From an uncultured Iamiaceae bacterium (lineage in GTDB: Bacteria > Actinomycetota > Acidimicrobiia > Acidimicrobiales > Iamiaceae), in NCBI GenBank assembly GCA_964544305.1, contig CAZJAZ010000002.1:59775-123774 (forward strand): a stretch of DNA of 64,000 bases, written 5' to 3'. Below are positions 36,759 through 45,762 of this stretch, one piece after another; within the stretch, counting starts at the first letter, position 1, and the number at the start of each line of letters is the position of its first letter. The notes under the pieces are model-generated. The model saw only the letters and a list, made by a program, of their open reading frames with translations. It did not search any database and was not told the origin of the DNA. Both the position numbers and the translations under genes were made by a program.

Positions 36759-37907
36759 ATGGACCCGACTGATTCCTCACATGTTGCTGTTGACTCGCGA
36801 CGTCTCGATGCACTGATAAGTCGAGTGCGACGAGAAGTCGATGATGGCCTCCTTCCAGCCTGTCAGGTGGCCGTTGCGCTCAATGGTGAGGTCGTGGTTG
36901 ATGCGACGTTCGGTGTTGATGCGACAACCCGTTTCATCCCGTTTTCGGCGACAAAGGCACTGACGGCGGGAGCAGTTTGGCGGCTCATCGGCGACGGGGT
37001 GCTCGATGTCTCGCGGACCATAGCATCGTACCTCGATGGGTTTGGGGCAAACGGGAAGAATGACGTGACTGTGGAACAGGTACTCCTCCATACCGGGGGC
37101 TTCCCGCTCGCACCCATTGGACCTCGCGAGTGGCGCACGAGGGAGTCGCGCTTGGCTGCCTACGCCAGTTGGTCGTTAGATTTTCCCCCTGGCTCGAGGT
37201 TTGTCTACCACCCCGTGTCGGGGCACTTTGTACTGTGCGACATTGTCGAGACGTTGGTCGGCGAGCCGTACCTTGACGCGTTGCATCATTTGGTTACCGA
37301 ACCGCTTGGGTTGCCTCGTTTGCTTGGCATTCCACTTGATGAGCAAGACAACATTGCCGAAGTGGTCGGGGTTGGCGAACCGGCCTCGCCCGATGAATTG
37401 CGTGACGTTCTTGGGGAGTCCGCGGCATTGATGGCTCAAATTCTGCCAGCAGACTTGGTTCTTGGGGCACTCACCGCACTGAACCATCCCAAAGCACGAG
37501 CCGCAGGCGTTCCAGGCGGTGGTGGCGTGGTACGTGCCGCAGACATGGCGATGCTCTACCAAGGATTCTTGAACAATCCGAACGACATGTGGGATGCCGC
37601 TGTACTAGCTGATGGAATTGGAAACATTCGCAACGTGTTTGAGGACGCATCAGGCATTCCCGCGAATCGCACGTTGGGACTCGTCGTCGCAGGCGACGAC
37701 GGATTTTCGGGTCGGCGTGGTTTTGGCACGATGAATTCCCCAATGACCTTTGGACACAATGGGGCAGGTGGACAGCTCGCCTTCGCTGACCCGGCAACGG
37801 GTCTGTCAGGCTGTTACGTCACCAACGGCCTTGATCAGAACTTGGTGCGAGAGCACCGACGCTGCATCGAAATTGCCGATGCAATGTGCGCAACTGTTGA
37901 TTCTTGA
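36759..37907 (+). CDS. serine hydrolase (beta-lactamase/esterase family)
   Basis: S-x-x-K motif FSATKALT and HNGAGG near the C-terminus. Start re-picked at ATG 36759. Confidence 0.75.
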   Translation: MDPTDSSHVAVDSRRLDALISRVRREVDDGLLPACQVAVALNGEVVVDATFGVDATTRFIPFSATKALTAGAVWRLIGDGVLDVSRTIASYLDGFGANGKNDVTVEQVLLHTGGFPLAPIGPREWRTRESRLAAYASWSLDFPPGSRFVYHPVSGHFVLCDIVETLVGEPYLDALHHLVTEPLGLPRLLGIPLDEQDNIAEVVGVGEPASPDELRDVLGESAALMAQILPADLVLGALTALNHPKARAAGVPGGGGVVRAADMAMLYQGFLNNPNDMWDAAVLADGIGNIRNVFEDASGIPANRTLGLVVAGDDGFSGRRGFGTMNSPMTFGHNGAGGQLAFADPATGLSGCYVTNGLDQNLVREHRRCIEIADAMCATVDS

Positions 37908-37918
37908 GCCACACGACC

Positions 37919-37950
37919 CCCTCTGTGTCCCTCTGTGTCCCTCTGTGTCC
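37919..37950. repeat. 10-bp tandem repeat (CCCTCTGTGT) x3.2
   Basis: Seen directly, 12 nt after the serine hydrolase stop. Confidence 0.9.
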
Positions 37951-38064
37951 ACCAGCGGTGAAGCACCTATAGATGTCACACCTTGCGGGTACCGTCAATC
38001 AACGAACTCGCGTGGCATCCGCCAGTGAGCTCTACGCTGAACATTGACCCACACGGGGCGCAAC

Positions 38065-38796
38065 ATGAAAGACACCACTGACCTCACCCGAAAGATCCGG
38101 GCTCTGCTTGACAAAGCCGAGCGATCCGAGTTCGAGTACGAACGAGACGCCTTCACGGCGAAAGCCATGGCGCTCATGGCTTCACATCAGATCAGTCAAG
38201 CGATGGTCGATGCCGTGTCCACGAGCACGAGGGTTCGTGGGTCAATTATTGAACGCACGCTTTCTCTGGGCTCTGGGCCGTATGTGCGAGCTCGGCTTCA
38301 ACTCCTCACAGCGGTTGCGACCGCGCAGAGTTGCAGGGTACTCACGGCAGTTCGTGCAACTGGCCGCGACGCTTTTCTGCACGGTTACCCCGCCGATGTC
38401 GAGCGCGCCGAGGTGCTTTTTACCTCGCTTCTCGTGCAGGCCGTCGCGGAAGCGAACCGGCTCGAAATTCCAACGGGTTTGCGTGCGGTAACGGTGCGTC
38501 GATCGTTTCTGTTTGGATTTGCCGTCCGTATTGAAGAACGACTCGCTCAAATGAAGAACGACGCGGTGCAAGATTTTGTTGCACGCAGTGACGCAACATT
38601 GAGCTCGGTGGCACTCGTTCTTACACAACGAGACGCCCAAGTCGATGCGTACCTCCGCTCGCGCTATGGCAACGTTCGCTCAATGGCCTCCGCGTCTCCA
38701 ATTGCTCGAACAGGTTTTGAAGATGGGCAACGTGCAGCAGCGCACGCGGACCTGGGGTTTCATCAAGTTGGCACGCAACGCATGCTTGCGACATGA
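38065..38796 (+). CDS. DUF2786 domain protein
   Basis: N-terminal KIRALLDKAERSEFEYERDAFTAKAMALMASH matches the DUF2786 helix pair. The ORF opens at TTG 38044; ATG 38065 is preferred. Confidence 0.6.
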   Translation: MKDTTDLTRKIRALLDKAERSEFEYERDAFTAKAMALMASHQISQAMVDAVSTSTRVRGSIIERTLSLGSGPYVRARLQLLTAVATAQSCRVLTAVRATGRDAFLHGYPADVERAEVLFTSLLVQAVAEANRLEIPTGLRAVTVRRSFLFGFAVRIEERLAQMKNDAVQDFVARSDATLSSVALVLTQRDAQVDAYLRSRYGNVRSMASASPIARTGFEDGQRAAAHADLGFHQVGTQRMLAT

Positions 38797-39302
38797 CGCG
38801 CGACGTCGACAAAGCGCTTGTGTACGCGGCTGAAGATATGGTCTTTGACAACACCATTTTTGCAGAACCATTTGGCCCACAAGGATTGCTTGGCCTCGCC
38901 GTTCGTCTCAACGGTTTGGAATGGTGGCAAAGCGTTGGTGTCCCGTTTTCGATAGCGCCCACCCGCCGTGAGTCCGGTCACTCAACGTGCTCATTCAATA
39001 ACGATGGGGCCGTACTCCGATTTTCATTGGCGGGCGAAAACGCTGCGACGTTTGCACATGAAGCGGCCCACCTCGTTGCTCAGCACCACGGTGCGACGCC
39101 AGCACACGGTCCACTCTTTCGCGCTGCGGAGCTCGACGTTGTCACTATTGTGTGCGGTCCGGTGGCGGCCGAGCGATTACGCGAAGTTTTCCTCAGCAAT
39201 GATCTGCTGGTCGCTGCGCGGAAATGGATTGCGCCACGACCAGTTGGTGAACTCGGGCTCGTTGGGATCTGGCAGGCTGAATCATTTCGCCAGGCAACAT
39301 GA
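38793..39302 (+). CDS. SprT-like HExxH putative metallopeptidase
   Basis: FAHEAAHLVAQHHGATPAHGPLF (HExxH ... HG..F). The ATGA overlaps the DUF2786 gene stop. Confidence 0.5.
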   Translation: MTRDVDKALVYAAEDMVFDNTIFAEPFGPQGLLGLAVRLNGLEWWQSVGVPFSIAPTRRESGHSTCSFNNDGAVLRFSLAGENAATFAHEAAHLVAQHHGATPAHGPLFRAAELDVVTIVCGPVAAERLREVFLSNDLLVAARKWIAPRPVGELGLVGIWQAESFRQAT

Positions 39303-39310
39303 GCGTTTTG

Positions 39311-39387
39311 TGGTGGGCGCGGAGGGACTCGAACCCCCGACATCTGCCTTGTAAGGGCAGCGCTCTAGCCAACTGAGCTACGCGCCC
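39311..39387 (-). tRNA. tRNA-Val (anticodon TAC), CCA encoded
   Basis: Folds by hand into a cloverleaf: acceptor GGGCGCG/CGCGCCC, D arm GCTC..GAGC, anticodon stem CTGCC/GGCAG with loop CTTACAA, T loop TTCGAGT, 3' ACCA. Confidence 0.95.
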
Positions 39388-39499
39388 GATGAGAAGAGTC
39401 AATGTAGTCGGCCGGGCCGAAGGTTCCGCAGCCCGATGCGTTCGAAGCATCATTCGTAATGGAAACTACCGGAAACTCGCTGACCACACACGGTTGCAA

Positions 39500-41230
39500 T
39501 TACTTCGGACTCGGGCGATATCCGGTGACCTTGTACAGCGTGTAGTACACCACCCCATGGACTTTCGTCGTGGCAACCGGGCGATAGTAGTAGCGATAGT
39601 GCTTCGCCGTTACCGCTGCGCCGCGTCCTCGCTGTTCACTCGAAATTGAAATTGCAAAGTAGTCCCCGGGGCGAAGGACATTGATTGGCGTGATCTTCCC
39701 GCATGGCACTTGCAATCCGCTTTCAAAGCCCGCAATCCGAATTTGATCACAACGACCACGCTCGACAATGGCGAGTTGACTGCCAAGGTGTGATCCACCT
39801 TCGCCCCATCCCAACAGCATCACGTGTTTCGCTGCGCGTTGTCCCCCGAGCAACGGATCGATATAAGAGATCGCAAATGGCGCTTGCAACACGACGTGAG
39901 TCACCATGACAAGACCGAGAACGCCAATGACAGCGTTCGAAGAAACCCGAAAGCCTTTGCTCTGCCACCATTGCCGAACTGCTTGAAGCCACGCGCAGAA
40001 TACGACCCCCACACAGAGAGCTATCGCAGGAATGAGAGGTATCGCGTACCGGTCGTACTGACGCCCGTAGGTGGTAATGACAAGGAAATAAGGGAGCGAG
40101 GCCGCGAGCAGTATCCAAGGAATCTTGGGCAGTCGCAGCTTCGGTAAGGCATCCGGCCGACGCAACCGAACGAGTGCAAGCACGCCCGCCGCACACACGG
40201 CAACGAAACCAAGCAATAGCCACGGTGACATCCGGAATGCAAGCGTGACGGGATAGTAAAAGACGCCAGGTGGTTTCGTGGTGATTCTCCCCAAGAAAAA
40301 TTGACGCGCCGGCTCGCCGCTTCCTTCAGCAGAGATCACGATGTAGTGCCATGCCAACTTTGGGTGAAACCAGGTCTCTGGCCAGATCACGACGAACATC
40401 ACAGCAACGCCTGCCAACCAAGCTGCTGCCACTCCAAGATGCACGCGAAGGCGTTGCTTCCGATCGTGTGAACTTGCGGACTTGAGATTTCCAAGAACCA
40501 CGCGTGCAAACACAATGAACGCACCCATCACGACGATCGCGGCTCCATTTACCTTTGTCGCAATTGCCAATCCACCGGCGACCATGGAGAGCGTGAGGAG
40601 GAACGGATCAGCACCACGTCGCCGGAACTTGTCTCCCCGTCGTGCACGCTGCCCAAGCCTTGGATTGAGCGCTGCATACAAGGAGAGAATCGAAAGGAAG
40701 CCAAAAATCGCCACAAACGCGTCGGTATGTAGAACATAGCCATGCCCCACAAACCACGGCTCAACGGCGAGCAAGAAACCAAATACGAGCGCTGCACCTC
40801 GACCGACAACTTTCGTCGCAACCCAGGCCAATACCACTATCCCCAACGAAACCCATAGCGCAACGACAGATCTACTCCATCGAAGAAGCGCAGCAGAATT
40901 ATCCGGCTGCTTTGGAACTGGGGCATTGAGGCCAACGGCATGACCGACGCCGGTGAGCAAACGCCCAGTTGCGCCCGCCCAGAGTGTTGTCGCGCCCGGC
41001 ATCGTGTAACTCGCACCCCAATCGCGTGCTGACGACGCGACCTTGCCTTGCGAGAGCGAATCCAATGAGTGCGAAAAGTACTTTGACCGCATGAGCCAAC
41101 TGGGTTCATCCGCGGTGATGTCGACCGGACCCGGCATCCAAAGCCGTAGGCCAAGAGCAAGCACAAGTAGCCCGATATAGGGAAGTGAACGTCGAAGACG
41201 CTGATTCTTTTGGGGTTGCATTGCAGTCAT
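39500..41230 (-). CDS. family 39-type (PMT/ArnT-like) membrane glycosyltransferase
   Basis: About 12 TM helices, a DE motif in the first loop (DITADEPSW) and a soluble C-terminal ~90 aa. Confidence 0.65.
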   Translation of the reverse strand: MTAMQPQKNQRLRRSLPYIGLLVLALGLRLWMPGPVDITADEPSWLMRSKYFSHSLDSLSQGKVASSARDWGASYTMPGATTLWAGATGRLLTGVGHAVGLNAPVPKQPDNSAALLRWSRSVVALWVSLGIVVLAWVATKVVGRGAALVFGFLLAVEPWFVGHGYVLHTDAFVAIFGFLSILSLYAALNPRLGQRARRGDKFRRRGADPFLLTLSMVAGGLAIATKVNGAAIVVMGAFIVFARVVLGNLKSASSHDRKQRLRVHLGVAAAWLAGVAVMFVVIWPETWFHPKLAWHYIVISAEGSGEPARQFFLGRITTKPPGVFYYPVTLAFRMSPWLLLGFVAVCAAGVLALVRLRRPDALPKLRLPKIPWILLAASLPYFLVITTYGRQYDRYAIPLIPAIALCVGVVFCAWLQAVRQWWQSKGFRVSSNAVIGVLGLVMVTHVVLQAPFAISYIDPLLGGQRAAKHVMLLGWGEGGSHLGSQLAIVERGRCDQIRIAGFESGLQVPCGKITPINVLRPGDYFAISISSEQRGRGAAVTAKHYRYYYRPVATTKVHGVVYYTLYKVTGYRPSPK

Positions 41231-41239
41231 GACGTTTCG

Positions 41240-42031
41240 TTACGACTCGACAAACGCGTCGGCGCGCCGGGCCACAAGGGCCCGACAAAGCTCGGAGGTT
41301 GCACCACAGACCGGAGTCCGGCGCGCGGCGTGTTCACGGTGTACAAGGTCGCGCCCGAGAGCGTCAACCATGGCGGCACCTGATTCTTGACAGATCAACA
41401 ACGCTCCTGCGTAGTCCCAAACCCCGTGTGCATCAACGGAGCAGTCTACGAACCCGTCAAGCCGCCCATCTGCCACCGCGCAAAGATCAAGCGCGGCTGC
41501 GCCCAGTGATCGAAACTGCGACCAACCAAGGGTCTTTGGCGGCAATCCTGAAATGCCAACGATTGCCTCGCCGAGTTCAGTGCAAGCGCTTGGGGCGATT
41601 GGCGTGCCATTTCGAGTGGCTCCGCGCCCGCGGACCGCTTCATACCGAGTGTCGTGAACCAAGTCAACGACCACCGATGCCGCAAGACCATGTTGATCAA
41701 CCGCACAAATACTTGTCGCCCACCAACTTAAGTGTCGAGACGCGTTCGTTGAACCATCAAGAGGATCAACAATGACCACAACGTTGGCATCGCCGCGTAG
41801 TAGCCCTGATTCTTCACTCAGCACCCCAACGCCCGCGGCATCAAGCACCTCGTGCGCGGCTTGGTCCGCAGCCAGATCACTCGCATACTGGCCATCTTTG
41901 AGGCCAGAGGGCCCCCACTTCGTCCACCCATCAAGAGCGCCGACAACCGCATCCGCGGTCGCACGTACCAGTTCAACGACCGCATCATCGACCTTTTCAA
42001 CCTGTTGAGACTCGAATGAAGCAGGGATCAT
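41240..42031 (-). CDS. inositol monophosphatase family protein
   Basis: Motifs VIVDPLDGSTNA and WDYAGA. Confidence 0.8.
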   Translation of the reverse strand: MIPASFESQQVEKVDDAVVELVRATADAVVGALDGWTKWGPSGLKDGQYASDLAADQAAHEVLDAAGVGVLSEESGLLRGDANVVVIVDPLDGSTNASRHLSWWATSICAVDQHGLAASVVVDLVHDTRYEAVRGRGATRNGTPIAPSACTELGEAIVGISGLPPKTLGWSQFRSLGAAALDLCAVADGRLDGFVDCSVDAHGVWDYAGALLICQESGAAMVDALGRDLVHREHAARRTPVCGATSELCRALVARRADAFVES

Positions 42032-42138
42032 GGAACACTACCGGCGAGGTCGCCCTGGGCAAAGAGCCACAACAATTCGAGGTTGCTTGTGAAACGGGCT
42101 ACCGGGACGCATCCTCGACGTGGCAGGCTAGTGACACC

Positions 42139-42711
42139 ATGTCTGTGATCGACATTGCAGGATTCGTCGCTGATCTCAAAGATCATGCCGTTGACCACGG
42201 TTTCCACGTCCACGATGAGCGACATTTCATAGAAAGTTACTCGCTGCGCCAGGCGTGGGAGGTTGATCTTCACCCTGAAGAGGCCTGTGGCGGCCCGCTC
42301 GACTTGCATCTCGCTCTTGAAGTTGACCCACGAATTCAGTTCGCGTTCGAAGATCTCGTGATGACATTGGACGACGACGAAATGGAGCCGCCTGACACCT
42401 ACGGTCTTCCTTTGCATTTCAATTGGGCACTTCCCCCGCTTCTCAAGCCACCCGACCTATTGGTCCTCGCGACGGATCTCGCTGGTGTTGGCGGACCAGA
42501 TCTGCCCGTCGAGGTCTCTGCAATCGACAGTTTCGCTTCGGTAACCGATGCCCCAGAGCGGGCCGTCAACGTGGTCGCCACCGTCGAAGTCTCGCTCGCA
42601 CGAGTCTTTATGGGAACCGAACAGCTTTGCGACGTCCTCGATCACTGTGGCAACGTTTCGCGCTTCTTGCTCGAACGTGCGCCCGCTTGGCTCGGTGGCG
42701 ATCAGTTTTAG
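42139..42711 (+). CDS. acidic hypothetical protein
   Basis: ORF with normal codon bias and no recognisable motif. Start re-picked at ATG 42139 to avoid overlapping the IMPase start. Confidence 0.4.
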   Translation: MSVIDIAGFVADLKDHAVDHGFHVHDERHFIESYSLRQAWEVDLHPEEACGGPLDLHLALEVDPRIQFAFEDLVMTLDDDEMEPPDTYGLPLHFNWALPPLLKPPDLLVLATDLAGVGGPDLPVEVSAIDSFASVTDAPERAVNVVATVEVSLARVFMGTEQLCDVLDHCGNVSRFLLERAPAWLGGDQF

Positions 42712-42717
42712 TACGAG

Positions 42718-42790
42718 TGGGGCGAGTGGGGATCGAACCCACGACCAAGCGATTATGAGTCGCCTGCTCTAACCACTGAGCTACCGCCCC
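42718..42790 (-). tRNA. tRNA-Met (anticodon CAT; elongator type, a lysidine-modified Ile2 cannot be excluded)
   Basis: Cloverleaf by hand: acceptor GGGGCGG/TCGCCCC, anticodon loop CTCATAA, T loop TTCGATC. No encoded CCA. It lacks the three G-C pairs of an initiator anticodon stem. Confidence 0.9.
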
Positions 42791-42938
42791 TGGGAAAACT
42801 GCATGTTTTGCAAGCGGAAATGGGCCGCTAGAGCAATTTATCGTGCGAAAGACTGCTTCGAGTGCAGGCGATCTCTCAAACGCTGCGCCCTGATCGTAGA
42901 CGAGGACACCGTCTTGGCTAAATACCTTGTGCGTCGGT

Positions 42939-43841
42939 TCAGCACGTGCGCAGAATGTTTAGCAGTGTTGCCTTCTCCCCTTCGGTTACGCCAAGACGGT
43001 ACTTCACGTGAATCGCCACCGTCTTGGATGCATAGGTGCAGTAGTACGCGCGATTGGGAGGGAGCCATTCGTTGGCGAGGTCATCGCCTTTTGACATATT
43101 GAGGGATCCCGACACGGCCAGTAACACAACGGGATCATTGGCGTAATTGATGCGTTGCTCTCGTGTCCATCGCCATGCGCCAAGTTGCCAGGCCGCATGT
43201 AAGGGCACGATGTGATCAATCTGAACTCTTGAAGCTTGCGCCTTGGCAAACGTGAAGGGCTGGCCCGAATACGGTTCGATGAAGGTGCCAGAAATTACGA
43301 CACAATCATGTGTCCCCGGCCGAAAGGCCACATCTCGCAAGTCCCGTTTGAGAATGTCATTTCGTGTGTCACACCCATTGTGCCCCCAAAGGTTGTCATT
43401 GTCATCCGTCCACGCCGTTCCAAAGTCAAGTGTTCGGTCGTAGTCGTGTGAGAAATCAAGGTTGACAACGGGCAAAGAGGCCAGCATATTGCGCTCTGAG
43501 GATGCCGGTGACGGGTTCGTTGGAGCTGATGTTGGAGGCGGACGCGTGGGGGCAGATGTGGCTAGAGACGGTGTTGACTGGACGCGCGGCACGGCTGTTG
43601 TGTGCTGGGTCGTGGGTGGAACTGCCAGCAGCGACGACGTGCTCGTCCTCTTCGCTTCGCGCTGCTCGGTAGATCGCGAGACCATTTCTGATGATGCCGG
43701 CTGGGTTACCGGCGCCGAATCGGTTACGACGACCGTGTTCGTTGAGGGTTTTCTCAACGACGCAATGACGACAAGGGAAAACGCCAAGACTGCGAACACA
43801 ATCTTCGCTTTCGTTGGCCACTTATTCCGTTTCGACATCAT
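42939..43841 (-). CDS. membrane-anchored/secreted DUF1524-type HNH nuclease
   Basis: N-terminal TM helix, a Ser/Thr/Pro linker, then HNGCDTRNDILKRDL...QIDHIVPLHAAWQLGAW...NMSKGDD (GmrSD C-terminal-like nuclease domain). Confidence 0.7.
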   Translation of the reverse strand: MMSKRNKWPTKAKIVFAVLAFSLVVIASLRKPSTNTVVVTDSAPVTQPASSEMVSRSTEQREAKRTSTSSLLAVPPTTQHTTAVPRVQSTPSLATSAPTRPPPTSAPTNPSPASSERNMLASLPVVNLDFSHDYDRTLDFGTAWTDDNDNLWGHNGCDTRNDILKRDLRDVAFRPGTHDCVVISGTFIEPYSGQPFTFAKAQASRVQIDHIVPLHAAWQLGAWRWTREQRINYANDPVVLLAVSGSLNMSKGDDLANEWLPPNRAYYCTYASKTVAIHVKYRLGVTEGEKATLLNILRTC

Positions 43842-44447
43842 CTACTCGCACGCGACGCCGTCATGATCTCGATCAAGACCAGCACGATAGCCAGGATCGC
43901 CGGTGTGCAGTGGGGCCACACCCGCGGCACGAGCCGCGTCACAATTCTTAAAATACACCGTCGTTGGAGGCGCTACGGGTCGCGCGGTCGTTGGAGGTAG
44001 CGGGCGCGGTTGCGTCGGAGGCACCAAAAGCGCCAAAGTCGTTGGAGGGAGTGGGCGGGGTTGCGTCGGGGAAGGAGTCGGAGCAACGGTGAGTAGTGGA
44101 CCAGACGCTGCCGGATTGGTCGTTCCATCAGGGGTGGCACGCAATGGACTCGCCGTCGATGGCTCCGTCGATGACGATTGACTGGTCGTTGTTCCATGGG
44201 AACGTTTCGTCTGCGAATCGATATTGCGAGCGATCGACGTGGGCACGTACGTGCTTGCGACATGCACCGTCTTGGATTCAGAATCGACGGGAGTAACCGC
44301 CACGGCAATGTTGAGCAGCGCTAAGGCAGCGATCCATAATTTAGCCGACAATGGCCATGATCGGGTGTGGATGCTTTCGTTCCTTCGATCGGACCCACTT
44401 GATGGTGACGATGGGATTTCGTCATCTTTCATGGGCACGTCTTGCAC
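43842..44447 (-). CDS. Excalibur calcium-binding domain protein with a Pro-rich repeat linker
   Basis: C-terminal NCDAARAAGVAPLHTGDPGYRAGLDRDHDGVACE. N-terminal TM helix. The stop directly abuts the nuclease ATG (0-nt gap). Confidence 0.7.
   Translation of the reverse strand: MQDVPMKDDEIPSSPSSGSDRRNESIHTRSWPLSAKLWIAALALLNIAVAVTPVDSESKTVHVASTYVPTSIARNIDSQTKRSHGTTTSQSSSTEPSTASPLRATPDGTTNPAASGPLLTVAPTPSPTQPRPLPPTTLALLVPPTQPRPLPPTTARPVAPPTTVYFKNCDAARAAGVAPLHTGDPGYRAGLDRDHDGVACE
43960..44069. repeat. imperfect direct repeats encoding the PTQPRPLPPTT / PPTT linker
   Basis: 32-nt units at 43987-44018 and 44038-44069 with 4 mismatches (51-nt period). A third GTCGTTGGAGG core lies at 43960-43970. 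Confidence 0.6.
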
Positions 44448-44464
44448 ATTACTGACGTGTGGAG

Positions 44465-44537
44465 CTCCGGGGGAGAGGCTCGAACTCTCGACCTAGCGGT
44501 TAACAGCCGCTTGCTCTGCCAACTGAGCTACCCCGGA
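44465..44537 (-). tRNA. tRNA-Asn (anticodon GTT)
   Basis: Cloverleaf by hand: acceptor TCCGGGG/CCCCGGA, anticodon loop CTGTTAA, T loop TTCGAGC. No encoded CCA. Confidence 0.95.
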
Positions 44538-44583
44538 TTGAATTGCGGTGGGCGACCATCGTAGCAGCCACGCCCCAAAACCT

Positions 44584-45714
44584 TTAGTCCTCGTCGAGAT
44601 AGTCCTTCAAGATCGCCTTGCGTTGAGGCTGGCGAAGTTTCGCCAACGTCTTGGATTCGATCTGCCGAACACGCTCTCGCGTCACTCCAAAATGCCGGCC
44701 AACTTCTTCCAACGTCAGCGGTGCTCCATCGGTGTCAAGTCCAAATCGCATCCGCACGACTTGTTGTTCACGTTCGCTGAGCTGACCCAGCGCCTCTTCA
44801 ACCGCATCGTTGAGCATCTGGCGGGCCGCCGAATCTTCCGGCGTGATCGTGCCCATATCGACAATGAAGTCAGACAACATCACATCATCGCCGTCGCCAA
44901 CTGTTGAATCCAACGACAGTGGATCTTGCGCGATGCGAAGAATTTCACGGACGCGTTCTGGAGACATGTCAACTCGCGCTGCGAGTTCTTCCGAAGTGGG
45001 TTCTCGTTCGAGTTCGGTATGCATGGCTCGCTGTGTCTTGAGCACACGGGTAATAGATTCCATCATGTGGACCGGAATCCGGATCGTGCGTGACTGGTCG
45101 GCAATCGCACGCGTGATGGCTTGTCGAATCCACCACGTCGCATAAGTCGAGAACTTAAATCCTTTGGTGTAATCAAACTTTTCAACTGCTCGCATCAAAC
45201 CAAAATTTCCTTCTTGCACAAGATCAAGAAGGGGCATGCCGCGATTCAAATAACGCTTCGCAATAGAAACGACAAGACGCAGATTTGCCTGAATGAGTTC
45301 GTCCTTGGCAAGTTCACCATCCCGGGCAAGCTTTTGCAGTCGGCGCCGCTCAGCGAACTCCAACTCGTCTGAGGTGCCCGCTGCTTCGTGATCGGCAAGA
45401 CGAACCGATGCTTGTGAACCGGCCTCGATGCGTTTGGCCATTGCGACTTCTTCATCTGCGCTAAGCAGTGGAACTCGCCCAATTTCGGCGAGATAAGCAC
45501 GCACCGAATCGACCGATCCATCGGCAACTGCCCGTCGCTTTGCATTGCTTGAACGTTGGATCCGACGAACCTTTCGCGCTTCAATTTCATCCGGGTCATC
45601 GGGGTTGGCAATCGCCTCAGGACCCTCTAAGAGATCGGGACGTGGGACAACCTCTCCGCTCCTGGCGTGACTGTCGACAGAATCGGACACCGTGGGCTCG
45701 CTTGACGCCGTCAT
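44584..45714 (-). CDS. rpoD: RNA polymerase sigma-70 factor, group 1/2 (principal-like)
   Basis: Regions 1.2 through 4 are present: [54 protein letters not shown]. Sits directly downstream of dnaG. Confidence 0.85.
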   Translation of the reverse strand: MTASSEPTVSDSVDSHARSGEVVPRPDLLEGPEAIANPDDPDEIEARKVRRIQRSSNAKRRAVADGSVDSVRAYLAEIGRVPLLSADEEVAMAKRIEAGSQASVRLADHEAAGTSDELEFAERRRLQKLARDGELAKDELIQANLRLVVSIAKRYLNRGMPLLDLVQEGNFGLMRAVEKFDYTKGFKFSTYATWWIRQAITRAIADQSRTIRIPVHMMESITRVLKTQRAMHTELEREPTSEELAARVDMSPERVREILRIAQDPLSLDSTVGDGDDVMLSDFIVDMGTITPEDSAARQMLNDAVEEALGQLSEREQQVVRMRFGLDTDGAPLTLEEVGRHFGVTRERVRQIESKTLAKLRQPQRKAILKDYLDED

Positions 45715-45762
45715 CGACCTATCCGCCCGGTCACACGGATTCGACTACGCACGTCACTCCGA

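Noticed and set aside
37919-37950. The tandem repeat was considered as a possible mini-CRISPR or REP element.
   Set aside because: The units are 10 bp, directly abutting with no spacers, and number only about 3 copies. No cas genes are present anywhere in the window.
39311-39387. tRNA-Val, tRNA-Met and tRNA-Asn were considered as integration sites of genomic islands or prophage remnants.
   Set aside because: No integrase, recombinase, excisionase or phage structural gene is present next to them. By eye I found no direct repeat of any tRNA 3' end in the neighbouring 2 kb. The idea is kept only as a low-confidence alternative in the findings.
42803-43102. 99-aa + strand ORF starting in the AT-richer gap after tRNA-Met, with two CxxC pairs (DCFEC ... 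TCAEC) that suggest a zinc ribbon.
   Set aside because: More than half of it (42939-43102) overlaps the 3' end of the well-supported DUF1524 nuclease gene on the opposite strand. There is no RBS and no recognisable family. It stays only a remote possibility; Ribo-seq or conservation analysis could revive it.
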